From positions 31,726 through 95,725 of IMG/VR virus record IMGVR_UViG_3300006750_000004: a stretch of DNA of 64,000 nt, one strand, 5' to 3'. Position 1 is the stretch's first letter, and each line of letters opens with the position of its first letter. Both the position numbers and the translations under genes were made by a program. Under the pieces are notes generated by a model. It searched no databases. It had not been told where the DNA came from and was given only the letters and a program-made list of their open reading frames with translations. Below, piece after piece: positions 47,484 through 56,360 of the stretch. Source of the DNA: a virus.

Positions 47484-48203
47484 GTGGCAATAATAATCAT
47501 ACCGGCTCGTCTCGCTTCTACCCGTCTGCCTAATAAGCTGTTGCTTGCTGAGACTGGTAAATCTCTTCTCCACCATACCATCGATAGGGCCAGGGAGTCG
47601 AAATTAGCTAATAAAATTATTGTGGCGTCTGAGGATCAAGGGATCCTGGATGTTGTCCCCAGTGATATTATTACTGCATTGACCCCTAAATGCTTTTCTG
47701 GTTCTGAGAGAGTGGCTTGGGTTACTGAGAATTGCGTTATGCCAGATAATATTGTGGTGAATCTCCAAGGTGATGAACCGGAGCTGTCTGGTGAACATCT
47801 GGACTCTTTGATTCAAGTTCTCCAGGATGATTCTGTTGTGGATGTGGCCACTCTAGCTGCACCTGCTAATAGTCTCGACTACAAGTCGTATAGTGTTGTT
47901 AAAACGGTGTTAAACCATGATGGTGATGCGATGTACTTCAGTAGGTGTGCTATTCCGTATGGGGCTGGGAGTGCTGATAATGTTTGGCCTTTGAAGCATA
48001 TTGGTGTATATGCGTATCGACGGGAATTCTTGCTTGCTCTAAGCAGTATGGAACCTACCACTTTGGGTAGCGAATCCTTGGAGCAATTACAATGGTTACA
48101 GAGTGGGTTCAAGATACGGGTACTAGAGAGAGATATTAAAACAACAGGGATTGATACGATTGATGAATATCAATCATTCGTTCAAAGAGTTGGAAAATTT
48201 TGA
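47484..48203 (+). CDS. kdsB: CMP-Kdo synthetase (3-deoxy-manno-octulosonate cytidylyltransferase)
   Basis: IIPARLASTRLPNKLL, SGSER, VNLQGDEP, AMYFSR, HIGVYAY, ESLEQL, GIDT. Confidence 0.93.
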   Translation: MAIIIIPARLASTRLPNKLLLAETGKSLLHHTIDRARESKLANKIIVASEDQGILDVVPSDIITALTPKCFSGSERVAWVTENCVMPDNIVVNLQGDEPELSGEHLDSLIQVLQDDSVVDVATLAAPANSLDYKSYSVVKTVLNHDGDAMYFSRCAIPYGAGSADNVWPLKHIGVYAYRREFLLALSSMEPTTLGSESLEQLQWLQSGFKIRVLERDIKTTGIDTIDEYQSFVQRVGKF

Positions 48204-48927
48204 TTGGTTCTGGCTCAGTAAGAGTACTGCTCCTGCGAAGTCATTCAAGCCAGTATTTGTGAGTATTATGCAATCAATACAGCCTGAAAAGCTTTATGAC
48301 CGTAAGTTACGCATGTTGCGACAGTTGGATGTCGCATGCGTTGCCTGTTCGATGTGTGAGCTGGGCTTGAAGGAGGCTGTGAAGAATAATACCGTTCGTG
48401 ATCCACATGTCTTTAGTAATCTAAATCCCACTAGATATATGGTGGTTGGCCAGAATCCAGGTTGGAACGAGCTTGAGAAGCGAGAGCCATTTGTTGGAGC
48501 GGCTGGGGCTAATTTCGATAAGGCAATTGCCCCTCATGGTTTGTCGAGGAATGATTTTTATATCTGCAACACTGTCCGATGTTTTACGATTAGTAATACT
48601 AAACCCACGGATAAACATAAGAAGAGGTGTGAATCATTCCTGCAGATGGAGATAAATCTGATAAAACCACGCCTTGTTATTGCCCTCGGTGCAGTTGCTT
48701 TTTCACAATTATGTCCCGAGACTGAATTTAAGAATGGCCTAAAGAAGATTACTAAAAGTTCTGTTTATAATAATGCTCCTGTTTTTGCGATTTATCATCC
48801 ATCACCAGTGAATTTTCGCGATGGCACCAGACGGGAAGCCTTTGCATCACAGATCCAAGTGATGTGCGGTCTTGTAAAGGAACTTCAAAGACGTGATAGA
48901 TCAGGATCCACCAGAAGTATACAGTGA
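48163..48927 (+). CDS. Uracil-DNA glycosylase, family 4-like (Fe-S)
   Basis: CVACSMC, VGQNPG..E....PFVGAAG, NTVRC, ALGAVA, HPS. Confidence 0.85.
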   Translation: MNINHSFKELENFDWFWLSKSTAPAKSFKPVFVSIMQSIQPEKLYDRKLRMLRQLDVACVACSMCELGLKEAVKNNTVRDPHVFSNLNPTRYMVVGQNPGWNELEKREPFVGAAGANFDKAIAPHGLSRNDFYICNTVRCFTISNTKPTDKHKKRCESFLQMEINLIKPRLVIALGAVAFSQLCPETEFKNGLKKITKSSVYNNAPVFAIYHPSPVNFRDGTRREAFASQIQVMCGLVKELQRRDRSGSTRSIQ

Positions 48928-49267
48928 ATCAGAATTGAAAGTATATGGGAGGAAAATAGCCCAGCAGGTTTCACAAGTAGATGGGATGAATTCCAGGGTC
49001 GATTTCAGAGAAATCAACAAGTTGTCATTGGCGGAGAAGAAAGAACAGGCACTCCGCCAATTAGGTGTTTCAGCTAGGGCTGCTAATGCCTTGGAGACAC
49101 ATAAGGGAATTCTGTTCGTTGGACAATTATTACAGGTATCGTGCTTTGAGATAATGGCGATACCAAATTGTGGTAAGAAGACAATTATTGATTTGATTAA
49201 TTGCCTCGAGTGTCTTAATCTTCTGGAGTTGTGGGATTGGGATCCGGAAGAATTTCCACTTGATTGA
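48893..49267 (+). CDS. Stand-alone RNA polymerase alpha-CTD-like protein
   Basis: LGVSARAANALE...GILFVGQLL....EIMAIPNCGKKTI matches the alpha-CTD pattern LSVRSxNCL...IxxxGDL...LLxxxNxGxKS. Confidence 0.75.
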   Translation: MIDQDPPEVYSESELKVYGRKIAQQVSQVDGMNSRVDFREINKLSLAEKKEQALRQLGVSARAANALETHKGILFVGQLLQVSCFEIMAIPNCGKKTIIDLINCLECLNLLELWDWDPEEFPLD

Positions 49268-49667
49268 ACGGCTCGAAGGTGTAGACTGCCTTTTTATTCC
49301 GTTTTTTGCGGGCGATTCTGAATGGATGCCCCTTATCTTTCAAGATCTTTTTCATCCTGAGTGTGAATGCTGAGGTGTTGGGGACAAATTCCTGGATAAT
49401 AGCCATGATGTCATCTACAATGACTCCATCTTCACCGGCTTTCTCTAGTAGTTCATATACTTGTCCCATTGCATTAGTGACTTTGTCGTCACTTTCTTTT
49501 TTGGCTGCAGCACGTTTGTTTTTGACTTCGTCTACTTTCTTCCGTTCTTCTATGGCGGTATCTAACTCTTGGCGGGCTTTGCCGGTTAAGCTCACTACGT
49601 TTTCGGAGATAATGTCTTCTACCCGTGCTCCTAGAGTTACGTCGATGATAGATACTTTTGTTGCCAT
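49215..49667 (-). CDS. hypothetical protein (possible winged helix)
   Basis: 150-aa ORF. Confidence 0.55.
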   Translation of the reverse strand: MATKVSIIDVTLGARVEDIISENVVSLTGKARQELDTAIEERKKVDEVKNKRAAAKKESDDKVTNAMGQVYELLEKAGEDGVIVDDIMAIIQEFVPNTSAFTLRMKKILKDKGHPFRIARKKRNKKAVYTFEPFNQVEILPDPNPTTPED

Positions 49668-49780
49668 GTGTATTACCTAATATGGATGAATGTGCAAGTG
49701 TGGTTTATGTACCAACACGGAAGAAACAACATCAATGTCCAGAGTGTTTTCGATAAGAAATACTCTTAAGGAATTTAAAG

Positions 49781-50551
49781 ATGGCTCAATGTGTCTACTG
49801 TGATAAAGTAGAAAATCTTAATACGCAGCTTACCGTCACTTTGGAGGATGGTAATCGGATCACTGTGGATATCTGCGATGAACATGCAGAAGAAGCATCT
49901 ATCAAAACGGCCAAGGCTGCACATCTTGATAAACAGAGGAAGATTGAGGAAGTCCTAGCACAAGCTAAAGCACTTGGTTTGGATCTGAGTCAGACTGACA
50001 GTGGCCTTACCGTTGCTGCTACCCAACCTACCCAGCCTACCCCGGCCTCCCCTACTCCAGTAGCTCAAAATCCAGTATTGGAGGATATGGGCGGGGATGA
50101 TGTTATTGAGACTGGTCTTATTGACAGTAGACCTGGAATGACATCTGTTGGTGGATCCACTGATATGGGTGCTGTTGCTTCCCACACTTCTCATCAAGTA
50201 ATTGGGCAAGAGGATATTCTGTCCGAAGAAATCCTGAAGGGCAAGGCGAAAATGGGATTGGCTGAGGGGCGTGAGGGTATGCCTATGGCCATCCCTGAGA
50301 AACGAGTAGATGGTACTGGTACCACACGTATTAAGATCACTAAGGCAGAGGACGACCAAAAATTACAAAGTCGGTTTAAGAAAATGGCCGACGACTCGAT
50401 GCATGACAAAGTACCAGATTTCGCAAGGTCGGGATATTCGAATACGACCGTTAACTGCGGAATGTGTAGGGGTGAGGGGTCAATTAATAATGCTGGTAAA
50501 ATTATAGAGTGCCCCAAATGTGGGGGAGCAGGGATTATTTCTACTTATTGA
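49781..50551 (+). CDS. Protein with C-terminal DnaJ-type zinc finger
   Basis: CGMCRGEG...CPKCGGAG. Confidence 0.7.
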   Translation: MAQCVYCDKVENLNTQLTVTLEDGNRITVDICDEHAEEASIKTAKAAHLDKQRKIEEVLAQAKALGLDLSQTDSGLTVAATQPTQPTPASPTPVAQNPVLEDMGGDDVIETGLIDSRPGMTSVGGSTDMGAVASHTSHQVIGQEDILSEEILKGKAKMGLAEGREGMPMAIPEKRVDGTGTTRIKITKAEDDQKLQSRFKKMADDSMHDKVPDFARSGYSNTTVNCGMCRGEGSINNAGKIIECPKCGGAGIISTY

Positions 50552-50748
50552 TGGATAGTATTATGACGCCAAGGACGTGCTTAGGCCCTGGATGTGGGAA
50601 AACTTTCTTATCAGATAGGCCAAAATCACAACACCGGATTTGCCCGGACTGCGATAAAAAACGACCCAAGACATATGGGAAGACTTCCAGCAGTGGTAAA
50701 GGCAAGAGAGCTGGAAAATCTGTTAATTCTGGCGTTGACTCTGGTTAG
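50551..50748 (+). CDS. small basic zinc-finger protein
   Basis: CLGPGC...RICPDC; TGATG coupling to the upstream gene. Confidence 0.55.
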   Translation: MDSIMTPRTCLGPGCGKTFLSDRPKSQHRICPDCDKKRPKTYGKTSSSGKGKRAGKSVNSGVDSG

Positions 50749-50987
50749 AGTCTGATCGTCCCTGGTCTTGCTTCCATACCGAGGTATTGGCGGTGTCGTG
50801 GTTTTTGCGGCACCCCGGTTGGGAGATAAGTGCCACTAGATACCCTGGTACCAGAATCCATCCCTCTAGATGAATCATAGAGTTGGTTGGATGTGACGAA
50901 TGGACGTGCGGCGAACGGCCCAGACCTGAGTAGTTGCCCCCGGACTTGCTGCATGATCAGGTTTTCGTTGATTTGCCGCAATTTCAC
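50745..50987 (-). CDS. small protein with MKLRQINE leader
   Basis: Shares the MKLxxIxE leader. Confidence 0.6.
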   Translation of the reverse strand: MKLRQINENLIMQQVRGQLLRSGPFAARPFVTSNQLYDSSRGMDSGTRVSSGTYLPTGVPQKPRHRQYLGMEARPGTIRL

Positions 50988-51020
50988 GCTAATTTGGCCA
51001 TTTGACGGGGTTAGTGTCCA

Positions 51021-52013
51021 TTAATAATACCAATCAGGTGGTTCTTTTGGTGGGAAACCTTGAGGAGGTTCCCAGAGGCGGCCCCATTGCGGAGGCCAGC
51101 GCCACCTATTATCTTTGTACGCTCTGAGGTAGACCTTATCTTTAATCATTTCGGTCAACTTCTCATACGACGTCTGATGATAGAATTGGACTCCTAACCA
51201 GGTGGCAAGCTCCTGGATGAAGCTGAGGTCGAAATCATCTATGATGTTCTCACCGAACATCACATCCCACCGTTGGGGACTATTGACGTCAATCAGGAGT
51301 GTGACTTGGTCGCATGCTATGGTGAATTGGTAAACCGATCTCCATTCTATCTCGTAGTCCTTCTCGAATTCGTCCGCGTCCTCGAGACCGTCGTAATCAG
51401 ACGATTCCGTTAAGTTCCCAGTTTTGGCACAATTTGGGCAAGTGTAGACGTCGTAGCATCGAGTGGCAGCTAGTACTCGCTGACCCTGGAGAACATTGTG
51501 ATTTTGGCGAAAATATTGCCCTGGTTCTGGGCGGTAGTACCAGCCGGTCGATGTGATTCCTTCCCGTTGGCTGTCGTATTGGTGAATGTCTTTTTGGGTC
51601 GGCATCGCACAACTGAAGTGGACAGCGATATCGCATCTGTCACATACCCAAGGGCCGACGCTGTCTTCTGGGACATCCATTCTGCAGCCATAGCACGGAC
51701 CTAGAGAAGGTTCGCCGAACTCATCGGCATCTTCGAGTCCGTCGTAATCAGATTCAGATACTGGTTTTGCCCAATGTCTACTGCCCCAGCAATTTGGACA
51801 CCATCTTTGTGCGTTAAAAGAATATGATTCGCGATCCTCGTGACGTCCCGCACATTGAGCACAGATATCTAGTGGTACTTCTTTGCCACACCCACCAATA
51901 CACGGTATATTGGTTTGTTCATAGAGCTCGCCGCAATAATTACAGTTAGATGCGAACTCATCGGCATCTTCGAGTCCGTCGTAATCAGATTCAGAGATCT
52001 GGAAGAGTTTCAT
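51021..52013 (-). CDS. GLED-tag family polyprotein, 3 modules (Zn finger, PHD-like finger, unknown), MKLFQISE leader
   Basis: DYDGLEDADEF at 51954-51986, 51717-51749 and 51366-51398. Confidence 0.85.
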   Translation of the reverse strand: MKLFQISESDYDGLEDADEFASNCNYCGELYEQTNIPCIGGCGKEVPLDICAQCAGRHEDRESYSFNAQRWCPNCWGSRHWAKPVSESDYDGLEDADEFGEPSLGPCYGCRMDVPEDSVGPWVCDRCDIAVHFSCAMPTQKDIHQYDSQREGITSTGWYYRPEPGQYFRQNHNVLQGQRVLAATRCYDVYTCPNCAKTGNLTESSDYDGLEDADEFEKDYEIEWRSVYQFTIACDQVTLLIDVNSPQRWDVMFGENIIDDFDLSFIQELATWLGVQFYHQTSYEKLTEMIKDKVYLRAYKDNRWRWPPQWGRLWEPPQGFPPKEPPDWYY

Positions 52014-52552
52014 TAGTCACTGGGAGTCCGGTCAGGACTTGCGTTGCCCGGATCCCAATCGACATTTGAGTCAGTGGGCCAGCCATCGACTTCTTCGATA
52101 TTGAAGTCCATCGGTTGTTCGGGCTTGCTGGCTTCGCGGATTTCGTTTAATGCTGGGTTGAATCCGAAATCCTTCTCTTGCCATTCTTTTTGTTCGGTCT
52201 TCAGCTCTTTGATAATGGCTGGGACGAAGTCGGTGGCTTTGGTGCGTTCGGCGGCTGGCACTGCTTGGGCCACCATTTGCTTTTCCATAGCGGTGCCGAA
52301 GGATGGATCGTCGACATACTTATAATTATGCACTGAGCGGAATGCTTGGCAAACGCTTTCTGCGTGTACTAGTTCGGCGGCCTTGACCTGGAACATATCG
52401 TCGATTTGGCCATGTAGATATTCATATCCACGTTCGGCCGCACCGGTTTCTTCGTGCTGCTTGTCGTGGATGACCAAACCTAGTTTGGCGTCCTGCTGGA
52501 GCATCGAATCGATGGCCTCCAGGACAAGCTTTTCATTCTTATTCAGTGCCAT
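52013..52552 (-). CDS. hypothetical acidic protein
   Basis: 179-aa ORF with GGAGG RBS, coupled (TAATG) to the polyprotein gene. Confidence 0.65.
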   Translation of the reverse strand: MALNKNEKLVLEAIDSMLQQDAKLGLVIHDKQHEETGAAERGYEYLHGQIDDMFQVKAAELVHAESVCQAFRSVHNYKYVDDPSFGTAMEKQMVAQAVPAAERTKATDFVPAIIKELKTEQKEWQEKDFGFNPALNEIREASKPEQPMDFNIEEVDGWPTDSNVDWDPGNASPDRTPSD

Positions 52553-52601
52553 TTTTATCCTCCGAGAAATCCATTGGTAATTTTGAACGAAGAGTGACTG
52601 T

Positions 52602-52910
52602 ATGGCGGAACAACAACAAACGAAAATTGGTAGGTTCGATCAGGTCAGGCTGATGACTACTAAAAATGTCGATTATTTATCTGCTCCATCTACCTCTGAA
52701 GCACAACCTGGTGGGATATGGTCGGTGGCTGCGATTGTGGCCGAAGATCATTTGTTGGTCGTGAAGAACAATGTTACGATCCGTATCCCCGCTGCTGACG
52801 TGTTAAAAATTGCTGGCTATACATTAGAAAAGATCACAAGTCGACTTGGGAGATTATCACGTGGCGAAAGAGAAGAAGAAGGTGGCCCCAAAGCCCAAGG
52901 ATCTCAATGA
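52602..52910 (+). CDS. hypothetical protein
   Basis: 102-aa ORF. Confidence 0.55.
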   Translation: MAEQQQTKIGRFDQVRLMTTKNVDYLSAPSTSEAQPGGIWSVAAIVAEDHLLVVKNNVTIRIPAADVLKIAGYTLEKITSRLGRLSRGEREEEGGPKAQGSQ

Positions 52911-54000
52911 GCTACGTGCCCAATGTGATAAGGAATATGGTGCTGGCACATTAATTATGGGTCAGGATGCTATTGTCGATGTGGAGGTCTGGCCTTCTGG
53001 TATTGCCCAATTGGATCGTGAGATTGGTGTTGGGGGTATTCCTCGCGGTAGGATTCTCGAGATCTTTGGGGTAGAGAGCTGTGGCAAGACTACTCTATGC
53101 CACCATCTTGCGGCAGCTTGTCAGCGGCATTATTTCGAGGACAAAGACCGGAGTGGTGTGGCCGCCTTCATTGACGTGGAACACGCGGTGGACCCGGATT
53201 GGGCACAATCATGTGGGGTGAATTGGGAGACTCTATTGTTCTCCCAGCCTAATAGTGGTGATGAGGCACTAAAGTTAGTCCAACGTGTTGCTGATAGTGG
53301 ATTGGTGGATCTAGTTATTCTCGATTCTGTTGCGGCCTTGACACCACAATGCGAAATCGATGGTGAAATTGGTGATGTCCAGATTGGTGCCTTGGCTCGC
53401 TTGATGAGTCAATCGATGCGGAAAATCCATGCCGCATCGGCGAAGAATAAGTGTACTATCATTTTCATCAATCAAATCCGCGAGAAGATTGGGGTTATGT
53501 TCGGGAATCCCGAAACTACTCCCGGCGGCAGGGCACTGAGACATTATACTTCTGCACGCATGGACTTGACGAAGGGTTCTAAGGTTAAGGATGATAATAA
53601 GGTTATCGGATTCAGCCCGAAGTGCAAATTCATCAAGACCAAGATTGGGCAGCCCTTCCGTGAGTTTGAGTTCAAGATTTATAGTGGTGACCCCGTATCT
53701 GGAATTGATACGATCGAGTCGTTAGTGAAAGTGGGGTTGGATTCTGGCATCTTGACCAAGAAGGGGCATTTTGTCAATTTTGGTAAGGAGACACTTGGCA
53801 ATGGGATGGCGAACGCCTACGATAAGTTGAGGTTAGATGTGGCACTCGCCGATGATCTCAGGAACCAAATCTACAATGGACTCTATGCGGAGATCGAGAA
53901 GAAGAAAGCGAAGGCCAGAGCTGCTGGTACCTTGATCTCGCAGTCCGAACATGATGCGGTAATTGAGAATATCTCGGAGGCACTAAACGATGGCGATTGA
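52861..54000 (+). CDS. recA: RecA recombinase
   Basis: GGIPRGRILEIFGVESCGKTT, FIDVEHA, LDSVAAL, ARLMSQ, FINQIREKIGVMFGNPETTPGGRAL. Confidence 0.97.
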   Translation: MAKEKKKVAPKPKDLNELRAQCDKEYGAGTLIMGQDAIVDVEVWPSGIAQLDREIGVGGIPRGRILEIFGVESCGKTTLCHHLAAACQRHYFEDKDRSGVAAFIDVEHAVDPDWAQSCGVNWETLLFSQPNSGDEALKLVQRVADSGLVDLVILDSVAALTPQCEIDGEIGDVQIGALARLMSQSMRKIHAASAKNKCTIIFINQIREKIGVMFGNPETTPGGRALRHYTSARMDLTKGSKVKDDNKVIGFSPKCKFIKTKIGQPFREFEFKIYSGDPVSGIDTIESLVKVGLDSGILTKKGHFVNFGKETLGNGMANAYDKLRLDVALADDLRNQIYNGLYAEIEKKKAKARAAGTLISQSEHDAVIENISEALNDGD

Positions 54001-54328
54001 ATCACCACTCTATGATATTAATGAGGTAGTATACCTGAAGGAATCGGCTGCCCTCGGTTTCTTGGAAGCCGTTCGTGTCAGTGGTATTAGTCGTGCTAAT
54101 GGGACTTGGATATACTCTATTTCTGCTAAGGCTCCGCAACCTACTGCTGTATCGCACCATGGGGATCGCATTACTGCGGTAGCGGGCATGATCTTGTATT
54201 TCACAGAAAGCGATTTCGTGCCTTTGTGTGACGCCCTGTCTTTAGCTGAAGCTAATGCTGCCCGGCAGCTGGCTCAGATTCAGGCACAACGGGCGAGTAT
54301 TTGTATTGAGCCTACAGCGGGAACCTAA
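53990..54328 (+). CDS. hypothetical protein
   Basis: 112-aa ORF between recA and the helicase. Confidence 0.6.
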   Translation: MAIESPLYDINEVVYLKESAALGFLEAVRVSGISRANGTWIYSISAKAPQPTAVSHHGDRITAVAGMILYFTESDFVPLCDALSLAEANAARQLAQIQAQRASICIEPTAGT

Positions 54329-55668
54329 TGTCTACGTTATCGAAGCTCCAAGACTTGACTGAAGATTCAGATGAGATCAAACCTTTTGGGCCATATCAAG
54401 AAGAGGCGATAATATCACTGGCTCTCGATCATCCGGAGTTCTTTACTTCGGTTGGGAGATTTATGAAGCCAGAGATGTTTGGTAGTCTTGAATGCCGGTG
54501 GGTGATAGCAGAGATTCTCAATTCTTTTGAGAAACACAATGTTGTACCGCCACGCCCTTTGTTACGGGACAAGATGGTTGCCTCTCTGACCGAGGACGAT
54601 CCATGGCAGCGAATTTTGGAGCTGGTGGATCGTCCATCTGATCCCCGTGAGGTACCGATCATTAAGGATACCTTATTACGGTGGGCACAGGATAGGGCGT
54701 ATGGGTTGATTTATAGTGAAGAGGCACAGGAAGCTTATGCTAGAGGGGATTATGAAGAACTGGAATCTATAGTTGAGAGTGCTAATCGTATCGCTGATGT
54801 TGGGCAGCAGGCATTTTGGTTTCTAGATAATTACGAGATTTTGTTTGAGCCAGATGTTATTGACCATAAGACCACCGGATTTCCGAGTCTTGACCGTAAA
54901 CTGAATAATGGCGGTCCATCTACTAAAGAAGTGGTATGCTGGTTGGCGGCGACGAACGTTGGTAAGTCTATTGTCCTCTGCAATAATGCTATCTCGTCTT
55001 TAAAGGGTATTGGCAAGAATGGTAAACCGGGACAGGATGTCCTGTTGATTACTTTCGAACTGGATACGATCAAAACTGCGATGCGGTGTTTGGGTGCAGC
55101 TACTGATGTGCGTCTCGATGAGATACCTGAAAAACGTAATTATATCGAGCGTATTATCGCCCAAATGAAACAGACGTATAACAAGAGATTCGCTATCTTC
55201 GAATGGCCACCTGATGAATGTAGTGTGAGCCATGTTTATGCTCTATTAGATAATCTTCGGCGAACCGATGGGTTCAGGCCGGATGTAGTCATCTTAGACT
55301 ACATGGATTTGATGATGAGCCGTCACCCTGCTTTGAACAAGGATGACTACACACGGCAAAAACATGTCGCAAATGAGATTCGAGGTCTTGCGAAGAATGA
55401 GAATGTTTTAGTCTTCACCGCGACGCAAACTAACCGTAGTGGTGCGTCCGGTGAAGGTGTAGCTGATTTGACTAAGGCTGCGGAGAGTTTTGCCAAGCAA
55501 TTCTCATTGGATTATGTGGTTAGTCTTAATCAATCTGAATCACAACGACAGGCAACGCCTCTTCCAAGATTGAGCATGTTTATCGCCAAAAATCGTAATG
55601 GACCTAAGCATGAAACTGTGAACTGCACCATCAATTACAACAACATGCTTGTTAGAGAAGAAACATGA
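54328..55668 (+). CDS. DnaB/T4 gp41-like replicative helicase
   Basis: TTGF..LD..LNNGG, AATNVGKS, ITFEL, LDYMD, TATQTNR, AES, KNRNG. Confidence 0.93.
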   Translation: MSTLSKLQDLTEDSDEIKPFGPYQEEAIISLALDHPEFFTSVGRFMKPEMFGSLECRWVIAEILNSFEKHNVVPPRPLLRDKMVASLTEDDPWQRILELVDRPSDPREVPIIKDTLLRWAQDRAYGLIYSEEAQEAYARGDYEELESIVESANRIADVGQQAFWFLDNYEILFEPDVIDHKTTGFPSLDRKLNNGGPSTKEVVCWLAATNVGKSIVLCNNAISSLKGIGKNGKPGQDVLLITFELDTIKTAMRCLGAATDVRLDEIPEKRNYIERIIAQMKQTYNKRFAIFEWPPDECSVSHVYALLDNLRRTDGFRPDVVILDYMDLMMSRHPALNKDDYTRQKHVANEIRGLAKNENVLVFTATQTNRSGASGEGVADLTKAAESFAKQFSLDYVVSLNQSESQRQATPLPRLSMFIAKNRNGPKHETVNCTINYNNMLVREET

Positions 55669-55886
55669 AACTTAGAGTAATAGTGGACGTGGACGTGTCG
55701 CCAACATTGGCTGAAACCATCCAGCGGGGAGGATTCACCTTGTGTGCCGATGGGTCAGGCCAACAGGTCAAAGTTGGTGGTACCTCCCCAGCCGTCCCGA
55801 AGAGAAAGACAAAAGTATTGTTCGTCGAGAATCCGGAAACACCAATAACCCACTTCGCTGAGACTAAGGTCTCTGAGAGTAAATAG
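55665..55886 (+). CDS. hypothetical protein
   Basis: 73-aa ORF with ATGA overlap. Confidence 0.5.
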   Translation: MKLRVIVDVDVSPTLAETIQRGGFTLCADGSGQQVKVGGTSPAVPKRKTKVLFVENPETPITHFAETKVSESK

Positions 55887-55919
55887 CAGGTCACTCAAAG
55901 AGATAAATGGAGACCAATT

Positions 55920-56360
55920 ATGGCGACACCAAAGAGCGAGAAGCTGCAGAAAGAGGAAAAAGCCGGGAGAAGTCCAGAAGTCCCGGAAGGATTGGCTACT
56001 GTTATGGCAGAGCAAGATGGCCCTATCCAAGTCCGCGAAGTTCAGTGTCTGAATGATTTCGTGGCTATCCTCCAATTTGAAGTGGATATGGGGAGTATTG
56101 TCGTACCAGACTCGGACTCTAAGTATAAGTTCGAAGGTTTGGTAGTGGGTGTAGGACCTGGTGTTTCTGATAATGCTGGTGGCCGGTTACCACCGCAATT
56201 ATCAGTAGGTGATGTGGTAATGTTCGGAAAGAACATCGTCGCCCAAATCGCCTCCGACAGCCCTCCCTACGCAGGACACAAAATCGTACTCGTTTCTGAA
56301 CGAAATGTTCTCTGCAAATTGCATAAGCAGTTGCCGTGGGAGCGTTATAAAGGTGACTGA
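55920..56360 (+). CDS. groES: GroES-like co-chaperonin
   Basis: LNDFV...GSIVVPD...EGLVVGVGPG...LSVGDVVMF...LVSERNVL. Confidence 0.85.
   Translation: MATPKSEKLQKEEKAGRSPEVPEGLATVMAEQDGPIQVREVQCLNDFVAILQFEVDMGSIVVPDSDSKYKFEGLVVGVGPGVSDNAGGRLPPQLSVGDVVMFGKNIVAQIASDSPPYAGHKIVLVSERNVLCKLHKQLPWERYKGD

Noticed and set aside
55665-55886. MKLRVIVD as another capsid-targeting leader
   Set aside because: It has Asp rather than Glu at position 8, lies on the opposite strand and is embedded in the replication operon.
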